Positions 38,947-46,931 of a DNA stretch of 64,000 nt are shown here, one piece after another (position 1 is the first letter of the stretch; the number at the start of each line of letters is the position of its first letter). The position numbers were made by a program, and so were the translations under genes. This DNA comes from a virus: positions 1 through 64,000 of the IMG/VR virus record IMGVR_UViG_3300035698_014689. One strand, 5' to 3'. The notes beneath the pieces are model-generated. The model was not told where the DNA came from and ran no database searches. It worked only from the letters and a program-made list of their open reading frames with translations.

Positions 38947-39330
38947 TTAAAATCCTCCATAAAGATTTCTTGCTGTTAATAAATTGGCGGCCATTCCCCC
39001 ACCACCACTCGATGTGGCTACCTCGTCGATAGCCGCTTGAACCTCATCGGCAGTTAATCCCGAAGTCGAATTATCATAACTTATAGCAGTGGCTGGATGA
39101 CTATCTGAGTTCGTACGTCCAGTCAAACTATTATGATCAGGAGTCTCACTCCCACCACTTACTTCTCCCCACGCGCCATTCCCCCACGCATACAAAGAGG
39201 GCGCTCCAGCGATATTCGCCACGAAAGCGAAATCTCCATCTGTCCCCACAGAAACCAAAGTAGTCAACTCCAGCAAAGTCGGGAAAGATCCACGATAAAA
39301 TTTGAATTGAAAACCTTTTTCTGTTATCAC
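38947..39330 (-). CDS. putative fibre/structural protein
   Basis: HNSLTGR..DSHPATAI and YDN..SGLTA..VQAAIDE phage fibre motifs. Confidence 0.65.
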   Translation of the reverse strand: MITEKGFQFKFYRGSFPTLLELTTLVSVGTDGDFAFVANIAGAPSLYAWGNGAWGEVSGGSETPDHNSLTGRTNSDSHPATAISYDNSTSGLTADEVQAAIDEVATSSGGGGMAANLLTARNLYGGF

Positions 39331-39334
39331 AAGA

Positions 39335-39631
39335 CTACCTCTTATTTATAGAGAAAAATAAACTTACTTCTCTCGAACCCGACACCGAACGCAACATAAG
39401 AAGATTCGAAGCGGTATGAACGTCAAAATCAATCCCCAGTTCCAAACCACCACCAAGATTAACCCAGTCATCACTAGCATTAGCACCACGCATCTCAACA
39501 CTTGAAATAACCTGAGGCATGATCATAACAGCTAGAACATCCTCACCGTGTAAAATCTTCGTGACATCCAGCACTACGGGAGTCGTGGTAACTGTCTGTA
39601 CTATCGTCCTCATTCCATTTGCTTGCAACAT
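39335..39631 (-). CDS. putative structural protein
   Basis: Beta-rich ORF with AGGAG RBS in the structural operon. Confidence 0.55.
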   Translation of the reverse strand: MLQANGMRTIVQTVTTTPVVLDVTKILHGEDVLAVMIMPQVISSVEMRGANASDDWVNLGGGLELGIDFDVHTASNLLMLRSVSGSREVSLFFSINKR

Positions 39632-39648
39632 GACATTCTCCTATATAA

Positions 39649-40371
39649 TTAAACAGCCATAAATAAATCCGCGTAATTGACAAAACCCGAAAGGATGCGG
39701 TCAACTTCAACAAAGCCCGTGATCGTGACAACTCCATCATCTCTGCTCACGACACCAGAACCACCCTCTCCCCCAGCACTATAAGAAACTTGATAATCCG
39801 TCCACAATTCCTGAGTCTTATTCCCCTCTACCATATCTGAAAAGGACTTCTCTCCGATACCCGCTTTATCAGGGCCGAGAGAAAGGCAGATAGTCAAAAG
39901 AATCGTGGCTTTTTTGATCAGATCAGGGACGGTCGCTTCGCCGAACGTTCCAACTACTTTAATGTTTCGACGGCCTCTAGGCCAAACGCCTGCGCCTGAA
40001 CGTGAACGTATGTTATACGTGCCCGTGTTGATCAAAATAGAATGAACCTCGGAAACGTAATCAGTGGGTTGCAGATAAGTGTGCTCAACGGAGCCATCGA
40101 AATCAATCTCTTGAACGGAGACAAGGGAAACTATTCTGTAAGGATAACCACCATCTTGGGCGAGGAAAAGACTCTCCCCTCCATTTCCATTGACGATGAC
40201 GGTATCTTCTTTCGGATAAAAAATGTCATTACAGCCACTCTCGATCTTAACCTCAGACTCGTCAATCAAGGCTTGCAGTTGCACATCCGACCAACCAGTG
40301 AAATCGAGAACAGTGGAGCTCTCTGTAGGGCGATAATCCTTCACCTCTTGGACTGTGGCATAGTTACTCAT
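39649..40371 (-). CDS. head-tail connector (gp6/gp15-like adaptor)
   Basis: YATVQEVKDY, WPRGRRNIKV, VPDLIKKATILL motifs. Confidence 0.8.
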   Translation of the reverse strand: MSNYATVQEVKDYRPTESSTVLDFTGWSDVQLQALIDESEVKIESGCNDIFYPKEDTVIVNGNGGESLFLAQDGGYPYRIVSLVSVQEIDFDGSVEHTYLQPTDYVSEVHSILINTGTYNIRSRSGAGVWPRGRRNIKVVGTFGEATVPDLIKKATILLTICLSLGPDKAGIGEKSFSDMVEGNKTQELWTDYQVSYSAGGEGGSGVVSRDDGVVTITGFVEVDRILSGFVNYADLFMAV

Positions 40372-40408
40372 TGTGAAACTCCGTTAACGATAAGTGAAAC
40401 GGGAAACA

Positions 40409-43372
40409 TCATCCCGTCAATGTCCTGAATGCTTTCAATACCGTATCCGTACTTAGTTTCTCCATGCACTCTACTTTACAGTCGCTCTTAACCAAGTCCT
40501 TTTTGACTGATCCCCAGCAGTGGCAATCGTGCTCTGACTCAACGTTCACCAGCGTGTCATAAGAGGACAACCACGCCTTACTGCTTCCCCCGAATAGTGC
40601 CACTGTGGGCTTATCCAAAGCGAAAGCCAGATGAATCGCTAAAGTGTCAACGCTAACAACATACTGCATAGACTCGATATTTTCAACCAATTCTTTGAAG
40701 TTTTTTGATCTTTTATCCTTCAGACCCCGTATCAAAGGCGTTTTGGCTAATCCTAATTGATGACAGGTGAACCCGTCCGCTTTCAGTCTCCTCGCTAATT
40801 CCAGCCATTTGGACTTGGGCCACTCTTTTATTCGTCGATCAGCATCTTGGTTCATTTGCATGAAGAAGCCAACGCTTTTCTCCAAAGGCGTGGCGGAAAT
40901 ACGTTTTGGCAGATCAGAGATTGAACCACCCATTCCATTGACTATATGAACCTTCTGCTCCCAGCAACCGTTGTAATCCACTGGAATCTCCAAAGAGTCC
41001 TGAAGCGGATCAACGGACACCGATACATTATCCAAGAACATCTTGACGATCTCAAAACAGCCTTCACGTGTTTGATAATTTATCTTGGCTAAAGGGAAAA
41101 ATTCCTGTGTCTTTTTAACGAGGGCGAAGGACATATAAATATCTCCAGCTCCATACTCACGATGGAAGTTCACCCGCCCTTTTCGATAAGCCTCGGGATA
41201 AGAATCACCAAGTGTTTTCCGTATCAATTGGCGATACTTCGGAATGACAGAATCAATCGTACATTCCGCCATAACTTTTCTTTGCAGTTTGATGCCGTCA
41301 GTCTTCCTTATACGTGTGATTTCACTCCGTAAGGAGTCCAAGACAGGCATCCCAGCTTGCGACTCCACAAACCTCATTTCCTTCTCGAAAAAGATGGGAA
41401 GCGCACCAACTTTTGTGGCGATGACAGGAACGCCAAAATATCCAGCCTCAAGACAGACCATAGGAAAGCCCTCTTCCCTTGACAAAACAACGAGTGCGTC
41501 AATGCTTTTAAAGAACGTTCCAATATTGCGGCTTCTCGGCAGAAATTTAACTCTATCCGCATAACCTCCATCCTTGGCTATATTCTCAAGTAAAGTCAGG
41601 GAAATTTCATCGGTCTCCATTCCCTGCACGACAAGATTGCAATCAAGTGCACTCATGTTCTCTACAAGCCAACGGACGTTTTTATTGTAATCAAATCGTC
41701 CTAAGAAGCCTATCGTCGTGCCTTTCTCAAACATCTTTTTACTCTCGCCTGAAAAGGCCGTTACTGGCAGAGGATTCGGAATAAAGATAGACTCGGGAAT
41801 CTTCTCACTTATAACAGGGGACACACAGGTCGTGGAGTCGATAACGTCTCTCCACTTCTCAGTGAATTTCACGCCCTCCTCGTCATAGTGAGTATGAACT
41901 ACCCTGATTGATAAGGGTCTGAGATTTCTCATTGTCTTCAATGAGATGGGAATCGCTTCATTCATACCATACCACAGAACAGCATCCTGCTTCTCGAACT
42001 CATCAGTTGCCAGTTCAGAGCCACCTTTGAAGATAACGTTGTCAAAACGACTCAGGAGCTCCTCCTTGATTGACATCTGTTTTCTTGGTTCGATCGAATC
42101 AAAGGCGATCACGGTAACATCAAAGAACTTCTTCAGGCCCTCGGCGATCGTCATCATGCAGGTCTCCCCTCCACCTAGAACCATATGAGGGAAAACGACA
42201 GCTATCTTCTGAACCCGCTTAATAAAATTCAAATCTCTTTGGCGACTACTCTTCAAAGGCTGGCCCTTACGATCTTGGAACCACTGAGACTCGTGCTCAA
42301 TAGGCCCGACCGTTCCCTTAATGGCTTGAACCACATCCTGAGGACTTATCGACAGCATACAGGAGTAACCGTTATTGCAATCGGAAGGCCTCCTCCTTCG
42401 ACAACCCACACAATCAAAGCTGGACTTCAGCGGATGAACAGTAGCGTACCTTCCAGCAACAGCATGAGGACTTGAAGGGCCAAACAAAGCAATCGTCTCC
42501 AGTCCGATCATTCCAGCAAGATGCAGAAAACAGCTATCAACGCAGACGAAATAATTGCAGACAAACATTAAACGAACCTGCTCAAGAACGCTGAAACCAG
42601 TGCAGTCCACAACACCCTCTAATCCGAGACTATCCTGACCGAAAACAAGCACTTCGAAATCACTCCTCTTAACAATCTCTATGAACGCCCTCCAATTTTC
42701 CGCTGACCAGTCTCTGTGCAAAGCGGAGGATTTCGGATGTATTCCAATCACTTTTCTCTTTCCAAAATTGTGAGCTATCTCCAGCGTCTTGTCCAATGTT
42801 CTAGGCATGTTTATAGGAACCTTGGCGACTGGACAGTTATCAAGCCCTACCATCTGATACGCTCGTTCGTAATAATCGTGACCTGTGATTGTTTTATCCG
42901 TCTCAATCATAAAATCGGACAAGTCCAAAATCATATCAAACTGATCTTGGAAACGCACGTCGTTAGTTCGCTGTATGTCAACGAATTCATCGACAAAGGG
43001 GAATAATGGGGTGAAGGGTATAAAACTCTCACAAACGGCTAATACGACTCTGCATTCGACCTTTTTCAGGTATCGTACAACAGAGGTCACAATCAGAGTG
43101 TCTCCAATCCCACCAGCATTCTTAACGAGGATCGTCATCTTATGCCAATTTTTTGGTAAGGTTCTAAACACGTCCATAGGAGGCTTCGAGAATCCCTCAA
43201 GAAGTGTTTCCCCTTCAGAGGCTGGCTCGATAACTTCAATGAATTTACCTGTGAGTAAAAGCTTTCTTCCCTCGGGGGAACTGACCTCAGTGGGCTCCGC
43301 ATCGTCCAAACTGAGAACCTGCTTGGTGAAAGGCGTAGTATATCCTGATGCTCCAACTAGACGAATTAACAT
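40409..43372 (-). CDS. triple-domain glycosyltransferase GT9-GT4-GT9
   Basis: GGIGD..VDSCFLHLAG..ALFGPS (GT9); GGGE..FLGRFDYNKN..EGFPMVCLEA..PVIATKVG (GT4); GAGD..KEWP..VDTLAIHLA..ALFGGS (GT9). Confidence 0.9.
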   Translation of the reverse strand: MLIRLVGASGYTTPFTKQVLSLDDAEPTEVSSPEGRKLLLTGKFIEVIEPASEGETLLEGFSKPPMDVFRTLPKNWHKMTILVKNAGGIGDTLIVTSVVRYLKKVECRVVLAVCESFIPFTPLFPFVDEFVDIQRTNDVRFQDQFDMILDLSDFMIETDKTITGHDYYERAYQMVGLDNCPVAKVPINMPRTLDKTLEIAHNFGKRKVIGIHPKSSALHRDWSAENWRAFIEIVKRSDFEVLVFGQDSLGLEGVVDCTGFSVLEQVRLMFVCNYFVCVDSCFLHLAGMIGLETIALFGPSSPHAVAGRYATVHPLKSSFDCVGCRRRRPSDCNNGYSCMLSISPQDVVQAIKGTVGPIEHESQWFQDRKGQPLKSSRQRDLNFIKRVQKIAVVFPHMVLGGGETCMMTIAEGLKKFFDVTVIAFDSIEPRKQMSIKEELLSRFDNVIFKGGSELATDEFEKQDAVLWYGMNEAIPISLKTMRNLRPLSIRVVHTHYDEEGVKFTEKWRDVIDSTTCVSPVISEKIPESIFIPNPLPVTAFSGESKKMFEKGTTIGFLGRFDYNKNVRWLVENMSALDCNLVVQGMETDEISLTLLENIAKDGGYADRVKFLPRSRNIGTFFKSIDALVVLSREEGFPMVCLEAGYFGVPVIATKVGALPIFFEKEMRFVESQAGMPVLDSLRSEITRIRKTDGIKLQRKVMAECTIDSVIPKYRQLIRKTLGDSYPEAYRKGRVNFHREYGAGDIYMSFALVKKTQEFFPLAKINYQTREGCFEIVKMFLDNVSVSVDPLQDSLEIPVDYNGCWEQKVHIVNGMGGSISDLPKRISATPLEKSVGFFMQMNQDADRRIKEWPKSKWLELARRLKADGFTCHQLGLAKTPLIRGLKDKRSKNFKELVENIESMQYVVSVDTLAIHLAFALDKPTVALFGGSSKAWLSSYDTLVNVESEHDCHCWGSVKKDLVKSDCKVECMEKLSTDTVLKAFRTLTG

Positions 43373-43413
43373 TTCAGTCTCCTATTTCATTATCCGTTAC
43401 TTACCATTCATTA

Positions 43414-43441
43414 AGAATAACACACAACTTTTAAAATACAA
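43414..43441 (-). promoter_or_regulatory. promoter candidate for the GT9-GT4-GT9 gene
   Basis: TTGTAT-N16-TATTCT with TGn extended -10, just after the capsid terminator. Confidence 0.45.
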
Positions 43442-43443
43442 AT

Positions 43444-43476
43444 AAAAAAGCCCCTCTTTCCGAAGAAAGAAGGGCT
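43444..43476 (-). terminator. rho-independent terminator after major capsid gene
   Basis: AGCCCTTCTTTC-TTCG-GAAAGAGGGGCT followed by T-tract. Confidence 0.9.
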
Positions 43477-43500
43477 GAACCAAGGTAGAGAGATTCACAC

Positions 43501-44496
43501 TTATCCAGCGTAGTCCGTTCCAGACTCGGAAACGTTATGCGCTATTACACACATATCTCTGTTCTCGACTTGGAAGTCCGCACGGAAGTGGATTGTAACT
43601 TCCCACATATCTTTACGAGGCTGACGATCCCACTCAATCGTGATGTCACGCTGAATGAAATAAATCAGGTTCTGCAAAGGTGTCAGGATTATCTTCGTTC
43701 CATCGGAGACAGATGTTCCGATCGAAAGGTCTTCAGGCATCAACGGAACGTCCACCATCGGAATTCCAAGAGGACTCCGATTAACGTTACCCTGAGTAGC
43801 TGTATCACCAGCTCCAGTCTCAACTTCCGATATGTCCCACATCCACTTGTCATACACTGACGTAGGAGTCAGGAAACGATAAGCGGGCTTCGCAACACGA
43901 TAGCGTGATGGAATCTTGCGCTTCATGTCATAGAAGAGCTTCTTGGAGGAAGCTTTCCCACCAGCATTGATCTGCTGTGCGGCAGGCGTATTGTCGGTCA
44001 GTATCTTGACGATACCATCATTCGGGCCGAGAAGGTTATTCTCTTTCGATTGCAGATCACCAGTGGTGAGAGACTCATCACCTTCGATAAACGCCATCTC
44101 ACTGTCGATGGAGATACGCTTCGAGAACATTGTCAGGAGCGTGTCACGAATGCTACGCCCTTCCAAGTTGTCCTCAGTGAAGTCGGTGGTCAAATCAAAC
44201 GCAGAACGGTACTTCTCAGTACTGTAATGAATCTTACTCTCAGACGGCACATTCGTCGTGACGGAAGTAGTGGTATCAGCACCCTCTGTCACGATGTTAC
44301 CGAGATCAAGTTTATTTATGTCACCTTTCTGATGATTGATTCTGCGAGTACGAACCTTTTTGATAAGGGTCGAAGTATCGATAACGAGATCGATGAAACG
44401 GTTCGCTTGCTGGGTATTCAGAACGGAGTTGGGAAGGTTTGCTTCGTCAATCTCGCTCTTCGTCATCAACTTGTTCACATCTAGTTTGTCGCTCAT
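43501..44496 (-). CDS. major capsid protein (HK97 fold)
   Basis: LNTQQANRFIDLVID..L, EDNLEG, LTPLQNLI..IQRDI motifs; follows protease, precedes strong terminator. Confidence 0.9.
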   Translation of the reverse strand: MSDKLDVNKLMTKSEIDEANLPNSVLNTQQANRFIDLVIDTSTLIKKVRTRRINHQKGDINKLDLGNIVTEGADTTTSVTTNVPSESKIHYSTEKYRSAFDLTTDFTEDNLEGRSIRDTLLTMFSKRISIDSEMAFIEGDESLTTGDLQSKENNLLGPNDGIVKILTDNTPAAQQINAGGKASSKKLFYDMKRKIPSRYRVAKPAYRFLTPTSVYDKWMWDISEVETGAGDTATQGNVNRSPLGIPMVDVPLMPEDLSIGTSVSDGTKIILTPLQNLIYFIQRDITIEWDRQPRKDMWEVTIHFRADFQVENRDMCVIAHNVSESGTDYAG

Positions 44497-44554
44497 TTTT
44501 CAGTCCTCTTTTTCAAGTTTAAAATCACACATTCATTCGACGATCAGCCCTCTG

Positions 44555-46531
44555 TTAAAAAGGCCACGTATCCGAGAAGACATCATTCTTGGATTTCGAA
44601 ACGACTGGAGGAGTGTTATCCTCTTCCCGTGCGTCATCACCAACAACGGTTTTCTTCATCTCCTGCATCTCCTCAGTCACATCTTGCAGACCTTTAGAGA
44701 GCGTTGTCAACGCACCCAAGAAAGCCCCATGTTCTTGCCCTGCGGGAGTTCCCAGAGATTTCACCAACTCAGTCGCTGGCACATCCTCGGTCACTTCTTT
44801 CTTGGCATCCACTGATTTCGTCTCGGGCTCAGGGATAGGCTCAGTCTTCGTTTCCGTTTTCAATTTCGTATCTGTTTCCTTACTGATGACTTCGGGAGTT
44901 TCCCCAGCTTCCTTCATCGCAGTCGTGTTAGAATCCCTTCCACCAGTATTAGCGGGGAGAGTCTGACCTGACGGAGCAGGAGCTGACGGTTTCTCTTCTA
45001 AAAGGGCATCTTCCTTTTTAAGAGTCAAACTTTCATCCATAAGACCCGCTGAGTTCGCCATTTTAGCAATCTCGGGTTTTATGGCATCAAGTACTTGAGC
45101 GGCGACTGTCTTACCCATTTCAGTAAGAACGGTTTGATGATCAGCGGCTTTGATCTGCGCCTGCTCTGTCGTTAGAATCACACAAAGCTCTTTCACGAGA
45201 TTCTGAAGGTCAGGAACCTCATTTGGTGCATCCCAGACAGCCTCTTCAAAAGCACTGAAAGATTTGAAGATTTCTGCTACACGCGACCACTTGGTGCTAT
45301 TCATTATATCCAACTGCTCAGTCACGCCTTTCGCCACGGGCTCCTTAGCAGGTACGTCATCCGTTTTTTCCGCAGAACCCTCGGCCTCTTTTTTCTCGGA
45401 CTCCTCAATGGGCTCTTTTTTTGGTTTTTCCGCATCCTTCGTTTCAGGAGAGGTTTTCGTCTCTTTTTTAGCCGCTGTTTCCTTGGCGGGAGTTGCCTCA
45501 GTTTCAGTCTCAGCGGATTTCGTTTCAGGAGTCGTTACTGCTTCTTTTACCGTCACAGAAGATTCCTGACCGTCCTTCGTCTTTTTGTTCGCCATTTCTT
45601 GACTCCTTTGTTCTAACATTTCCAAATCCTGTAAAAACTTAATCCTTTCGGAGAACTCTCCGTGGGATTTCATCATACCATCCGTGATTTCTTTCCCTAC
45701 TATTAACTGTACTCCCGTCGCCATTTGCATGGATAACAGAGGGCACTCCTCATCAAAACACTCTTTCTTCAAATTAGTGTGAACCAATTCCCCGCCAGTT
45801 TTATCGACAGCGACGGACGAAGAAAAAGAATGATCAGCCAGCCATGTCTTCGCAGTTGCCTGCTCAAAAATAGTCGGCGAAAATCTGATCTGATGTATAC
45901 TCAACAAGTCGATTGACGTTTGCTTCTCATATTTCATTAAGTCCGAACCGAACTGAACGCCCTTGGCAATTTCAAAAGTAGAGGCGAAATTGTCAGGAAT
46001 ATGAACTAGGGAACACTCCCACAGGTCAATCGTCTTAGTTACGAATTTTTCCACCCCTCCAATAACAACTTTGGCTATTGAAGCGAGCCCTCTCCATGAG
46101 AACGTATTCAGAGTACCATTCTCAACCTCTTTCCATACCTCGGGAATAGTAACTTGGGCTTTGACCCAAAGGCCCCGACTTCCCACTACAACGTCAGGAC
46201 TTATTTCTTTGGAAAAAGTATCAATCGGAGAGCCGTCTTCTAAAGATATTCCCCACACGTCATCGGAGTCAATATCAACTATCTTTGCGACGGACGCTTG
46301 AGTGACAAGGCCTATGTTCACGTCGTTACCATTTTCATCTATCCACTTCTTGTGATTTCTTTGCAGTTGCGGATTGACCATAAAGCGGTCTAATAGGAAA
46401 GATTCAGGAGCAATTAAGTCCTGAGAACGGTCTGCGTTATTCATAGAAGCAAATCCTTTGACGATGTTGTTTCCTTCATCATCAACGGCTTTTTGCATGA
46501 TCGCATGGAACGTGAACGGTTGTCTAATCAT
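44555..46531 (-). CDS. HK97-type prohead protease fused to scaffold region
   Basis: VKGFAS..DRSQD, NH, GLWV, FSWRG, LWECSLV..PDN; long acidic low-complexity C-terminus. Confidence 0.85.
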   Translation of the reverse strand: MIRQPFTFHAIMQKAVDDEGNNIVKGFASMNNADRSQDLIAPESFLLDRFMVNPQLQRNHKKWIDENGNDVNIGLVTQASVAKIVDIDSDDVWGISLEDGSPIDTFSKEISPDVVVGSRGLWVKAQVTIPEVWKEVENGTLNTFSWRGLASIAKVVIGGVEKFVTKTIDLWECSLVHIPDNFASTFEIAKGVQFGSDLMKYEKQTSIDLLSIHQIRFSPTIFEQATAKTWLADHSFSSSVAVDKTGGELVHTNLKKECFDEECPLLSMQMATGVQLIVGKEITDGMMKSHGEFSERIKFLQDLEMLEQRSQEMANKKTKDGQESSVTVKEAVTTPETKSAETETEATPAKETAAKKETKTSPETKDAEKPKKEPIEESEKKEAEGSAEKTDDVPAKEPVAKGVTEQLDIMNSTKWSRVAEIFKSFSAFEEAVWDAPNEVPDLQNLVKELCVILTTEQAQIKAADHQTVLTEMGKTVAAQVLDAIKPEIAKMANSAGLMDESLTLKKEDALLEEKPSAPAPSGQTLPANTGGRDSNTTAMKEAGETPEVISKETDTKLKTETKTEPIPEPETKSVDAKKEVTEDVPATELVKSLGTPAGQEHGAFLGALTTLSKGLQDVTEEMQEMKKTVVGDDAREEDNTPPVVSKSKNDVFSDTWPF

Positions 46532-46543
46532 AGTCTCCCTCTA

Positions 46544-46585
46544 ATTATAACACTTCAATTATACCACCTCTTTGGAGAAAAACAA
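46544..46585 (-). promoter_or_regulatory. sigma70-type promoter for the protease-capsid operon
   Basis: TTGTTT-N16-TATAAT with TGn extension, plus a second TGTTATAAT. Confidence 0.65.
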
Positions 46586-46658
46586 GTCGCCTCAATAAAA
46601 ATACTGTAATTGCACTTTGAACAAAAACAAGCGGAAAAATGAAAAAACCTTGAAATCA

Positions 46659-46674
46659 GTGCAACCAAGTGCAC
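46659..46674. promoter_or_regulatory. 16-bp palindrome GTGCA-N6-TGCAC
   Basis: GTGCAACCAAGTGCAC about 75 bp upstream of the capsid-operon -35. Confidence 0.75.
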
Positions 46675-46715
46675 TTCTGGTATCATGTCTAAAGTCAAAA
46701 CAAAACCAAATTCTT

Positions 46716-46931
46716 TCACCTCTTTCCAAATAATGCGTGTCTTTTAGCGGTGACTTCCATATCAAAATCAATATAAGAAGTCAACGTCCAATAATCAAAA
46801 ATAGCTCGCAATTCACTGACAATCTCTTTTATACTCAATTCATAATAAACACCTCGATACTCAGGAATCATTCTATGAACAAAAAAATCTCTTTCCTCCC
46901 CTTTTTCAGGCTTTCTCCAATCATTTAACAT
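46716..46931 (-). CDS. small protein, candidate immunity protein for the MuF toxin domain
   Basis: 71 aa, overlaps the 3' end of muF; role inferred from position. Confidence 0.5.
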   Translation of the reverse strand: MLNDWRKPEKGEERDFFVHRMIPEYRGVYYELSIKEIVSELRAIFDYWTLTSYIDFDMEVTAKRHALFGKR

